From Paragordius varius (Eukaryota; Animalia; Nematomorpha), in assembly GCA_964247055.1 (NCBI GenBank), contig OZ176054.1:9486001-9550000 (forward strand): a stretch of DNA of 64,000 nucleotides. Direction: 5' to 3'. Position numbers and translations under genes: made by a program. Numbering within the stretch: position 1 is the first letter of the stretch; every line of letters begins with the position of its first letter. Positions 26,770-39,700 of the stretch are shown piece by piece. The notes under the pieces are model-generated. The model saw only the letters and a list, made by a program, of their open reading frames with translations. It had not been told where the DNA came from and did no database searches.

Positions 26770-27350
26770 GTTTCTTGGGTAGTTGGAGTTTGATGCACTG
26801 TTTAGCCACAAAAAGGTTGTGATTACTAAAGTGGTCAGAGCCAGGATAACTTCTAACGTTTTGGAATGAACTTTTATATTAATTCATACGAATATTTTTA
26901 GCAAGGTGAACGCCATGTGTAAAGGCGTCTTTTGGGTTGTTTAAAAAAGGAGTTTGCTAAAACAAATTTATGGCCTTGGCAAAATTCGATGAGTCCACTC
27001 TTTCATTTGTTCCCAATCCTTTGCCGTCATCCTCACCAATAATACGATTAAAATTACCAAGTTTCTAGCTTATTGTAAAACGTATTCGTCATTGCTGTAT
27101 GAACTGGTTGGAGCGTAGATGGAGTTGTTATGGGTTAGGGTGTAGTTTGAATACGTTTTAATATCATACGTTCATCAATAGGATTGTAGATGTCGGATAA
27201 ATTTGCTATTCTTGTTCATTTTAATACCTGTATGATTGTATTTGAGAATGTTGTAACCCAAATAAAATATTACGTGATTTTAGAATTCTAAGATACCATT
27301 ATATAAATTAATTCTATGGTTGAAGCAAGTAGGGATTAACTGTCAGCAGC
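26770..27350 (-). mobile_element. Old LINE endonuclease fragment (RTE-like)
   Basis: Frameshifted SIYAPT, LGNFN..IG, LANSFFKQPKRRLYTWRSP and FQNVRSYPGSDH..NHNLFVA. Confidence 0.75.
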
Positions 27351-27757
27351 TTTTATGATAGGTGTTATTACTATAGGTTATAGATAGAACTATAAATATG
27401 TAGCATAAATGTCTTTAAAAATATAAAAAAAGAGGGTGTGGGAGGTAGAAAAAATTGTGTATTAGTAATAGTTTGGAAACCATATTTGAACACCTATATC
27501 AGATATTATGAATCATTAATTAAACTAACAAGCAATAGAAAGACTTTGTTAATAAATAAACAGTATATGCTTAAATCTAAAGCCAAAGATAAAAAAAATT
27601 TAAATAGAAATCTAAGTGGATATAATTTACTATTTTGTCACAACAGAATCTTTTAATTGCAAATTGTGCCCAGATATTTCAATCGCCATGATAATATTAT
27701 AAAAAAAATAGTTTAAGGAATGCGTATTTCTATTTCTTTAAATTTCTTTATTAATTA

Positions 27758-28725
27758 CTAGCGTTAATCTCGTGTTGCTACGCAGCCCGAGGAAGTCCTT
27801 CGGACTTCTGATGGGAGGGGGGGGGGTATTCGAAAAAAGGGACAATAAAATGACAAACATATGTGGATTATTTCGAAACATTATTTAATAATGATCTCAT
27901 AGGAATTTTAAAACGGTGCATACTAATATATTGTTTACTTGGGCGAGAAATAGAATTAAAAAATTATTTTTGTGGACTTATTTTTTGGAAAAAACTGGCA
28001 TTTTACGGGGGGAGCTGGTAAAAAGAGGGCCTAAATTAAAAAAGCGAGCCGACTATGTGCGGCGCAATCGAAAATAACTAAACAAACATTATATTTGAAA
28101 TTGAATGGTCCGACACGTTCTCCGGAAAATTGTCTCAAAGACACGATTTTTGTGGATTTCTGTTTTCAAATAAAACCCATTTTTCACACGGGGTAGGCCC
28201 AAACTGGGGGCCTATTTTAAAAAAAGGGCGAAGCTATTGCCAGGTATTCATTAATGATAATATTTTTTCGATATTTGGATTTGAATGGGTCTACCGGTTT
28301 TCCGGTACCAGATCACAAATTTACATGACGAATCAGTTTTTATTGGGTCTTCCCAGGAGCTATCATCAAAGAAACGCTTTACTAAAATTTTTGCCTTTTA
28401 ACAAGGAATACGTATAATCCTTCTTGAATTTTTACGGTCTCATACCTTGGGCGAAAAATAGATTTAAAAAATTATTTTTGTGGACTTATTTTTTGGAAAA
28501 AACTGGCATTTTACGGGGGGAGCTGGTAAAAAGAGGGCTTAAATTAAAAAAGCGAGCCGACTATGTTCGGCGCAATCGAAAATAACTAAACAAACATTAT
28601 ATTTGAAATTAAATGGCCCAACACGTTCTGCGGAAAATTGTCTCAAAGACACGTTTTTGTGGACTTCTGGTTTAAAAAAAACTGTTTTTTACACGGGGTG
28701 GGCCCGAACTGGGGGAAACAGCAGA
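27758..28725 (-). mobile_element. Non-autonomous Helitron fragment related to the element at 51220-53378
   Basis: 3' end has an imperfect hairpin (CTCGGGCTGCGTAGCAACACGAG) + 7 nt + CTAG|T at 27758. The interior (gggcctaaattaaaaaagcgagccgactatgttcggcgcaatcgaaaa) matches 53030-53340 and is tandemly duplicated with a period of about 509 bp. The 5' end is uncertain. Confidence 0.7.
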
Positions 28726-29042
28726 TATTAATTTAATAAATATCAAAAATTTCCTGGAATGTTCATGAACTGTTAAAAGTTAATTATTTTTATTATCATC
28801 CATTATAAAATTATTCTGTAGTATTACTCTTTAAAACCTTTTGAGGTAGTTTTATATCCCTGAGCAAATTGAAATTTAAATATCTTAAAAAGTATTTAAG
28901 GTATTAGGCCGTATTTCAAAATATGCTTCTTTAGCCTTTTAGGGGCATTATACAAAAAATTTCTAAATGTAAAATCTAAATCATCTCAAACTTTTTCCCT
29001 GCCATTTTTTTCTTTAAATATAACCCCCTAATACAAAAAGCA

Positions 29043-29068
29043 AATATATATATATATATATATATATA
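29043..29068. repeat. (TA)n microsatellite; similar tracts near 7810, 41047, 56487 and 58667
   Basis: Seen directly in the sequence. Confidence 0.95.
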
Positions 29069-29070
29069 TT

Positions 29071-32000
29071 AGTTACAACTGTTGTTACGCGCGCGCGTTC
29101 GACCACTACACAAACGAAAAATTCTAAATTCTTATTTATTTTATATTATATCTATTTATCTTCAAAGTTTATTCTATCTTTTATCACTTATCCTATACTT
29201 TAAATTTTGTTATAACATACCTATTCCCATTTTTGTTTTTGGACGTAGGACTTACCGTTGGCCTTTTCCTATAATTTGCCTATTAATATTCTCTTAAATA
29301 TATAGATTGTATTCTTGGATAAGTATTGTAACATTATTTATTTTATTTTTTACTATGACACAAAAATAACCCTTGATTTATATTGTTTTATACATAAATT
29401 TTGCTTTAAATTTTTTTATTGCGAAATATAATTTCCGTTTTTACCTATAGCCTAGGTTTTTTTTAACATCTATCAATTTGTCATAATTAGTTCGACACTT
29501 CAATTTTATTATTTTTATTTTGTTTGTTTAAAGCTGTCAAATGAATATTGATGTGTATAGTAATAACCGGTCAGGCCTGACCAGCCGCGGTTTTGGTGTT
29601 GTGGCCAATAATACAAATAGAATGCAAAGGAATACGGGATGCCTGTATTTTGCTAGTTTAAATGTTGGTTCATTAAAAAGTAAGTTAAATGATATTGTGA
29701 GAATAATGAAAGTTAAACATATTGATATTTTGGCATTACAAGAGACTCGTTACCGCGGAAACGGAGCAAGGACTTTGGAAGAGAATTATCGACTATATTA
29801 CTCAGGTGAAAGTGGCGGACGAAATGGAGTGGCAATTATCATTAATCCCAAATTGTCCAATCAGGTTAAAGAAGTAAGACGCTATAGAATCATGAATTTA
29901 GATATTTTGGTAGGTAACGAGGTCATAACGGTATTTAGTATATATGCCCCGCAAATAGGTTTACCGAAATAAGAAAAGGAGCAATTTTACGAGACTCTAG
30001 ATGAAAAATAGTCGCTCTCCCTCAGCTCAGAGTCAAGTTTTTATGTGGGGATTTTAATGGTCATCTTGGTTCAAAAAGGGAATCTTTTGAAATATGGCAC
30101 GGGGGACATTCTTATGGAGAAAGAAACGAGGAAGGAATTAATTTGCTCAGATTTGCACAATCTCACAATTTGGCGATAGCGAACACGTTTTTCGAAAAAA
30201 GAGATTCTAGTAACTTTTAAGAGCGGCATAAACAAATCTCAAATAGATTTTATACTTGTTCCAAGAGACTTATTGAAGCTTGTAATAGATTGTAAGGTCG
30301 TGCCAAACTTAGAGGTTAGTTCGCAACATAATTTACTTATTTGTAAATTTTTCGTGAAAGAAAAGTCTAAACAAAGTGGTTCTTATTCAAAGAGATTAAA
30401 AAGTATTAAGTGGGAGAAATTATCCGAAAAAAGGCAGGCTTTTATAAAAGAAATACGGTTATCCGAGGATGGTGGGTTAAATGGTGATTGGGATAAAGTA
30501 AGTCAGTTAATCAAAAAGGCAGGAACTCTAGTTTGTGGATTAAAAGGCGGAAAATATCAAGTATACAGAGAGGCTTGGCTTTACGATGAAAGAATAATAT
30601 TGATGTCACGAGAAAAAGGTAAGGCTTTTGACAAATGGAGACATACAAGGAATGATGATGATAGAGATAAGTATAAAAGTTTAAATAAGGAATTGAAAAA
30701 ATTAGTCGGCCAGGTTAAGAAAGAAAAAATGAATTTATTTTATGATGAGTTAATTAGTAAGCAAGGTTTAAACAAAGTGTATAAAGTTGCGCAGCAAAGG
30801 AAAGGATGGATTTGCCAGGTTATGCGACTGCAATAAAAGGAAAAGATGGAAGCTTGCTGTGCGAAAATGTAGCAATATTAAAAAGATGGAAAGAGTACTT
30901 TGTGAGTATAGATGAAGGGGTAGGCGAGATATTTTTGCCAAATACAGTTGAAGCTACTGATAGACAAATAGAAGCAATTACACAAAAGGAAGTAGAATCT
31001 AATTTGTTAGAAATGCCAAACAACAAAGCTGTAGGATCGGACGACATAAATATAAATTGTTGGAAAGTGCTTGGAAATTCTGGATTAAATTTTTTGGAGC
31101 GTGTATTTAATAAAGTTGTTTCAACGTATGAAATCCCGGTTGAATGGAAGGAAAGTTTAACTGTGCCTTTATTTAAAGGAAAAGGTGATATAAATGAATG
31201 TAGTAACTATAGAGGGATAAAACTTATGTCTCACACTATGAAATTGTTTGAAAAAATAATTGAAAAGCGAATCAGGAAAATGATATCTATAAAAGGAAAT
31301 CAATTTGGTTTCATGCCAGGAAAGTCAACAGTAGATCCTATACATGCGGTTAGGAGGTTGATTGAAAAACACATTGAAAAAAAGAAAGAATTACACGGGG
31401 TTTTGATTGATATAGAGAAGGCGTTTGACAGGATTCCTAGAGAAACTATTTGGTGGAGTCTCCGTCGTAAAAAGGTGCCAGAAAGTTATATTAAGTTGTT
31501 ACAAATAATGTACGAATCACACACCTCCAGGATTAAAACTCCACAAGGTTTATCAGAGCCCTTTTCAATAAAGCATGGAGTCTACCAAGGCTCATCACTC
31601 AGCCCCTTATTGTTTATAATTTGTATGGACGAGGTAGCCAAGGTTGTTAATGTGAGTTCAGGATGGTACTTAATGTATGCAGATGACATAATCATCTTGT
31701 CTGATTCATTAATTGAGTTAAAGCGAACGGTAAACAGATGGGTTGTTATGCTGGATCAATATGGTCTGAAAGTAAACAAAGCAAAAACCGAACTTATTAC
31801 TTTTGGGGGTCCACAACATGAAATGGTAGTTGATGATAGTTGGGTTCTGAAGGGTAAAGAAAGTTGCAAATATCTGGGAGCTATGTTAAGTGCAGATGGT
31901 TCGTTAACTGACGATATTAATTTAAGAATAAAGAGCAGCTGGGTAAATTTGAAGAAAATTTCGAGCGTATTATGCGATCGAAATATTGATGTTAGAGTGA

Positions 32001-32470
32001 AAGGTAAGATTTACAGTTCAGTTGTCCAGCCCTCAATGATGTATAATTCACAGACAAGAGGGGTCAAAAAATCCGAAGAAAGACAATTTAACGTGACTGA
32101 AATGAAAATGCTCAGAATGATGTGTGGGGTAACTAGAAAGGACAGAATCGATAATATATTTATTCGTGGGAGCACAGATATTAAACCAATAGTGGAAAGA
32201 ATGTCAAAAAATAGCCTACGTTGGTTCGGGCACATTGAAAGGAGAGATTCTAATTATATTGCAAAAATAATAGATGGTTATATAGTTGAGGGAAAACGAG
32301 GACGTGGGCGACCTAAAACAAAATGGATAGATACAGTAAAAAGAGAGCTAGCAGAATACGAGCTTAATGCAGAGGACGCCATAGATAGAGTTTTATGGCG
32401 AGACAGGTTGTATAACATGACCGCTCTCACGAGTGAAAAAATGCAATGTAATAATAATAATATTGGTTAG
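29071..32470 (+). mobile_element. RTE-clade non-LTR retrotransposon, near full length; endonuclease part disrupted, RT ORF open
   Basis: APE endonuclease motifs (ASLNVGSL, LALQETR, SIYAPQ) with a stop at 29970 and frameshifts. The 554-aa ORF 30806-32470 has NYRGIKLMSHTMK, QFGFMPGKST, DIEKAFD, GVYQGSSLSPLLF, YADD, RWFGHIERR and GRGRPKTKW. It ends in an (AAT)n run. The 5' boundary is approximate. Confidence 0.92.
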
Positions 32471-32981
32471 AAAATATAAATAATTAACTGAAGAGATTTT
32501 TCAGTTTACATTTTATTGATATTTATTGATTTTTAATTAGCTGTTTATATAAATCGGATTTCGAGGCGTCCCCAATTTTAGTCTAGAATTTTAACTGTCA
32601 AAAATACAAGCTTTTAACCAATACAGGAGAATATTTATTAATTAAATTTTAACTTAAATATTTAAAACAGCTGTTTATTTAAACATAGTGATCTGGGATA
32701 CAAAAATACTTCAATGATTAGAAAATTTAAAATTAACTTTAAAGCTTTCCGACAACATTTTATAAGCATTGGATTTTAATTTTAATATCAACTGTACGCT
32801 TCAATTGTGTTTTGGAGCTGTTCCTTTAGACTCAAGAAGTCACAACACTGTATAAATTATAAAGTTTTTTATCTAATACATAAGAATAAAATATAACAAT
32901 TAATTTTAACTAAAATAATTTTTAAAACAGTAATTAATAGACAAAATTGAACTTTGGAATGTTAAACTCCCCATATGCTAA

Positions 32982-33546
32982 CACTTCAATTAATATTGGG
33001 TTCTCTAAATACCCCAGATTTTAGTTAGGATTTTTCTAAATCTAGTGAATGAAACGGCCCCAATTTGAATTTATGCGTTTATCCTAATAAAAATTATATA
33101 AATATGCCAAAATATCCAAATAAAATTTTTTGAAAAAAACTTCCATGAACTACTTTGATGCCATTTTTATTTTACAAAATTTTTGCAAAATTAGTCTTCA
33201 TTTAATTTTAAAGATAGTACTAAAGCTGATTTAACATTGATAGAAATAGAAAAAGCGGTTTAGTTTGTAATATTTCAATTTTACCATTGCACAGTCACGT
33301 TGAGTAAATTTTTACCTTTTGGTTTTAGCTTAAAATAAGTTCTATAAAGCATTTTTGAATAAAATGTTTTATATATTTGGGTTTATGGATGTTATATAAG
33401 TGAAAAATTTTGCCATGGTTTCGATTCCTACCATATTTTTAAAAGAATTTAATTTTAAACAGGCCTGGAGTATTTATCTACCCCAATTCAAAGGACTTAT
33501 GTATATGTTATACCAAGTGACTATGAAATGAAAAGGGCATGAAGTG
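32982..33546. mobile_element. piggyBac-like MITE (TTAA|CACTTCA..TGAAGTG|TTAA)
   Basis: Left (C)TAA|CACTTCA, right TGAAGTG|TTAA. An inverted related copy lies at about 63060-63630. Confidence 0.65.
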
Positions 33547-33764
33547 TTAAATAAGTAATATCAAGTCATTCCTAATAAATATATTTTTATTTTGTTTAAG
33601 TACTTGTAAAATTTTAAAGCATTTTACATTTTATATAATTTATTTTATTCAGCCTCGTCTACCACAATTCGAGTCGTATGTCTAGAATTGTTTTAGTTAA
33701 AATATTATTTTTAAACTATCGGAATATACTATTTGACGTACGTTTGTCATGTTTTTCATATGGA

Positions 33765-36700
33765 ATGATTACTCTAGTCTTCTTTTCAATATTTAACCTT
33801 GTAAATGGGCTAACACCAATATCTATTTATAAATCATCACAATCTTTATCAGAATGTATCGAAAATATTATGTCAGATGGCTCAAAATATCAAGAATTAC
33901 AAAAGATTTATGAAGATATCCAATATCAACATTTGCATATTGATTGGTTAAAAAAAGTCCAACAAATACATGATAATTTAGGTTTTTTAAATTATAATCT
34001 TAGGTATAAGTTTTCTAAACAAACGAGCCGAACTTGATAGATTGGCTAATCGAGCAGCTAGTTATTATGATAATGCCTTATCTCATGGTTTTCCTCAACA
34101 TATAAACCATATCAATCAATTAAGTGAATCAATTTTTATCGACTCTGACAAGATTTCAGAAATTTTTAATACATCAAATAAGTATTTTAAAATATAATTA
34201 ATAGTTATTATAATGATTTAAAGTTTACAATTAACAAAAGTTCTGTTAAAATTCCACTGCAAATTCCAGAAAATAATACAAAAATTTTAAATACGATATG
34301 GTGGACAGCTAATTTAGATAAGGTGTTTATGGAGAATGCACAAAATGATAAGGATTTAATGTAATATTTTATATATGTTACGATCTTGATAAGATTATTA
34401 TTAGAACCATATTTTTGATAAGCATATAAAGCGATTATATCATTACTTGATTAAACTTAAATGGTTTCTATTTTTCACGGCATCGTTTTTAAATAGTTAA
34501 TTAACACTTCATTGCAATTTTATTTTTATACAGTGATGACATTTTGGGGTAGTTTTATATCCCAAATCATAATGTAATTAAACTACTGTTTATAAAGTTT
34601 TAGTTAAAATTTAAATATCAAACATTGTTCTTCTGTATTGGATAAATTAGCTTGTATTTTTGACAATTTTTCAAATTCTAAAGCCTTATATTGGGACAAT
34701 CCAAAACACGATTTATATAAACAGCTGAATATAAAATAATTCATGTTTTTGTTAGGTGAAAGCTTTCTAAAATTAATTATTGACATTTTCTAACCAATAT
34801 ATTGATATATTTGCCTGTTGTATTAGCGAGTTCAAAAAATGTAAAGAAAAATGGCCGTGAATAAGTTTGAGATGCAAATTAACAATTTTACATTATATTT
34901 TTTTTTGAAGATGCACTTAAAAAGCTAAAATAAGCATATTTTTAAATTTGGTACTTTAAATATTTTTTTAAGATTGAAGTTTCAGATCGCTCTAAAAATT
35001 ACCCCAAAAGATGACATTTAAATAATTATAGAATTTTTTGGCAAGCAGAAAGATTTTATTTCAGTGTCTAATGATGTATCGCCTTTGTGGAATGGTTAGC
35101 CATTGTATCCGTATAGAAGCTGTCTGTAATATTTGCGATCATGCCAGGCGTTATCATCAATGTTGGCAACACATAAATCTTTATTTATTGTTTTTTTCCA
35201 GTTAAATGTTAGTCTGCCCCTGCGATGGTTATCGGGATGTAGGGATAAAATTTTATTTGTCCATTGTTCTGGAGCACGTTTGATGTGTCCGAAATATCTA
35301 AGCCTATTTTTTCTGAGCATAATATTTAAAGGTTCGATTTGGTACAGTTTATGAAAATTTGAATTTGACTTATCGGGGTGGAATTTAGCATCCTCTTTTC
35401 CATGTTCATTAGTTTTTTTCTTAGTTGAATCTGTAATCGGCCACGTCTCGCTTCCATAAAAGAGTATGGGACGTATGCCGGCTTTGTAAATCAAACCTTT
35501 GTTTTTTGCTGATATGTGTTTATTTTTGAGCACAAATTTAAGTTGATGATATTTTACCCAAGCCTGTTGAGATCTATATTTAACTGATTGGTTTATTCCA
35601 CCTAGGCAATGTATGACATCGCCCTAGTATTTAAAATTATTTATTAATTCGATTTTGGCGTCTGCCATATAAAAGTATTTTATTGAAATGGGTGATTTAT
35701 TGTTTTATTTTTGAATGATTCACATATAAATTTATCATTGTTGATTAATGTCCCTTTTATAAGCGAGCACTTTTTGTGTACCCACTTATTGCATGATGTA
35801 CATAGGATTGAATTGAGTTTAACATCTAAATCAGTGGTACTCACCAAAAAAATTTGACGGGCCAAATAAAATATATTATTTTTTCGAGGGCCATAAACCA
35901 ATGGCAAATATTCCATAGCTATTTAACATATATGCACATATTTAGACTCTAAATCAGCACAATGAATTTTTTGCGGATCGCATTTAAATCCAGCTAAAAA
36001 CTTATTTTGCACCATTTAAAAAATTAAAATATTTCGTTAACATTTATTTTGATATTAACCAATAATTTTTGACAAATTTGGTTTCGCCTCATGACAGGCC
36101 AATTTTAATACGTCATCCATATAATCATCGGTTAAGCGATTTCTGTATGTATTCTTGACACATCATTTTTGAATATGCCGCCTCACACGTGTAAGTTGAA
36201 GGAAAAACAGTTGAGATAACTTGAGCACATTTTCTTATATTCTTACATTTATTTGGCACATCTTGCCAAAACTCTACATATCTTTCTTCCCCACGATTCT
36301 CCTTGAATATAGCCTCCTGAAATCATTTTTAAGATCTATGAATTCTTCAATGATATGCGCCTTTCAAAACCAAAATCAAGTTGCTTTATATTGGATATAT
36401 CCATAAGCCATGGATTTTCAACGAGTATTAAGCAATTTTTAATATTTCTAATTCTGAATTTCATCTCATTAGATAAAAATGTTAGATAACCTCTGCGGTA
36501 ATGTCGCAAAGGTAGGCTAATAAAACCCTCTGTTTGTCACTATAATTTGCTCGACAAACTTTCTGTTATCATTTATAAAAAATGGAATTTCATGCCTTAA
36601 AACAAAAAATCTATTCAATACTTTGATAAGGCTAAGCCATCGCACAGCGGTATACAAATATGGTCAAATTCACTGTGGATATCTTTCAGAAGGTTTTTGA

Positions 36701-39700
36701 ATTTACGGCCGTTCTTTGCCACGGATGTGGTGAACTATATCCACAACCGTTTTAATTACTGAGAGTGATTCATCTTTTATACGCGAAACCAAGTTGCTGA
36801 TGAATAAAGCAGTTAAAGAATATTTTGCAAATTATATTTGTTTATCAAAAGGGGAATAAATCCTTTGTTTATTTCAATTATAGAGGGACACTCATCTGTG
36901 CACAAAACCAATTTTTTTATAGATATGCCATTATTATCGAAAAAAATTCTAATTATTTCTAGGAAATTACTTCTTTTCGTGGTATCATTGGTAAAAATAA
37001 ATACTCGTTGATTATGTTGTAGTTGTGAAATCTCACGAGCGCAAATTGAGATGTCTTTCCATATTGTATTTTTTATATTATGTGGTCCTTACATATAAGG
37101 CAGGTAACAACATTATTTAAAAACGACAAAAAAATTTTCTTCCAATTCTTTATTAAAGGAGCGATTTTATCGGATAATTTACGTTTTTTGGCATTAGATG
37201 TCATCCTTTTAATTTATGTTTAAATATTATGTAATTTTTTTCAAAAAAATAGGAATATAATTTAATATGTTATAAAAAAACTGGACGAAATTTCATGATG
37301 TTGATTTGAAAACTATTTTATGGAAATGAGTATTAGAAAATGATGTATAGCAATGAAAATAATATGCAAGTTTGGGTGAAAGGCTTGCTTTACAAAAAAG
37401 GAATGCAATAAAAATTTTAAAATAGTAAAGAAAATAAAATACAGAAACAACTTGTGCCAAAATTTTAAAATCCTTTTAATTTATGAAAATTTTTCTACAT
37501 TTCAAATTGGGTAAAAAATAAAAATTACCAGTTATTGAAGAAAATAAATTAATATTAAAATACGCGAAAATCCGCTTATGTGTATTTTGAAAATTCATCA
37601 AAAAAATAACTTATGTATCTATATGGTCATAGGGCAATTTTAAAGTACTCTTAGGGCCGCATGCGGCCCGCGGGCCGCGGTTTGAGTATCACTGATCTAA
37701 ATCAAATACTCCACATGGAAACCTAGGTCGTTCATATACAGTTTCACCCGTTATCAGCACCTTTGTTTTGCTTATATCTTCATTCCACCCTTATCTAAGT
37801 GTGATTTCCATGTGTTGTACTTTTGATTTAATTCTTCCATTGATGTTATGGTGAGGACAATGCGTCCGCATAGATAAGTTCCCATGGTGGGCCTTGTTTT
37901 ATATCTTTCGTTAGGTAACCATTATTAAAATGAAAAGTAGAGGGCTTAGGATGGAGCCTTGATGAAGATCAGATTCGTTTGGAACAAAAGTTGTGTTGCC
38001 TAGTGTTAATCTGACGCAGTTTGTTGTTTTATAGCACAACATTTCTATTGATTTAATTATCCAATCATCTACGTTGTTGGATCGTAGTGTGGATGTGATT
38101 AACTTCCTGGGGATTCAATCAAAGGCCCTTTGTAAATCAATAAAAACATGACAAAGTTTTATATTTTTCGCTAAATAATTCTCTTGCAATCTTCTCAAAA
38201 TGAAGATTGCATCAATTGTGCTACTGTTTGGTTTATAGGCATATTTTGATTCCTGTATACTAATGACTGATCTTAGTTTTGATCCAATAATGGATTCAAA
38301 AATTTTTAACGGGTGTTCCAACAACTTTAGTGGTCTGAAGGAGGAACAAACGAGTATGTTTCCTTTGTTTTTATAAATGGGTATGATGGTGCTTTTTGAC
38401 CAATCATTGCGATTTGTTGACAAGATTTGATTAAATATATGAGTTACATACGGAATGCATTGGGGTAAAGCTTTAATCATATCGGAGCTGAGTTCAGATA
38501 AACCAGTTGCTTTGTTATTCATCTTGGCCAAGGCATCTCTTACATCGTATGTTGTTATCAATGGTCGGGAACTAATCGCTGGTGGTTGGTTTATTGTTTC
38601 AAAATCATGTTTTTGTGCGAATTGTTCTTGGTAATATGTGGTCCAGACATTGCTTATGTCTCTCTAAGTATGCTAGATGTTGGTATTTATCAATATAGGA
38701 AATTTGTTTAATGTCCTTTTTATAATTGTTAACTGAATTAATTGTTCGATCTTAAGATTTTTCATGTCTTGTTCTAGTTTTTTAGCTAAATCCAAAGCTT
38801 TTTTGTTGGCTGAAACATTGATGGCTTGTTTGTTTTGATATATGATTCCAAGTCTCTTTTATTGTTTGTTTCCATCTTTTGTAGTTATTGCGTTTAATTT
38901 TGATTAAAGGTTTTATGGATTCTGACCACCACATATTTGATTGTTGTTTTCTGTATATTTTCTTTCTGCCACAAAAATTAAGCACATTTGTGATAATGCT
39001 GTTTTTAAAATTATCCCAAGCTTGTTCAGATGTTTTGTGGTTGAGGCTGAGCGTTGCATTGACAGTTTCTGAGAGTTGAAGTTTAAGATCAGGAAGGTGT
39101 AGTTTTTCTAAGTTTGTTTTGGAATTCTGGTTACTATGGTAATAGGATTTGTATATTGTTATTATTGCAATCAATTTATGTTGTGAATCAGTGAGATATG
39201 TTTTAGAATCTATGATGAATTTTCTATCTTGTATAGGTGTTAAAATGTAGTCTACCATAGAGTTTTGATTACCACTTGTATAAGTTATTAATTTCTTTGC
39301 TGGTTTCGTTAGAGGGTATTGCCGATAGTAAGTCTAAGAGATGCGCAGTTGTATCACCTTATTTGTTACGGTTGCCAAAAGCGTTTCCTCCATGTATTCT
39401 CATATAGTCTTGACCATTAGTGCCAACGTGGGAATTAAAATCTTCACCTATAAAATTTTGTCATTTGGAGGTATTGCATGGGAAATGTCTTATAGTTGGT
39501 TCCAAAAGGTTTGTTTGGTTGCTTCGCTTAATCCAAACTGAGGGGCATAGATAGAAAGTATGTCAAGAATTTGTTTTTAAAGCCGATACGTATTTGGATA
39601 ATTCTTTCGTTGTGTCTGTTTATTTATATTATATTATCACAATATTAATTTTTAATAGTTATAGCCACATGTTGACCTTTTATTTAACCTTTGTAGAATT

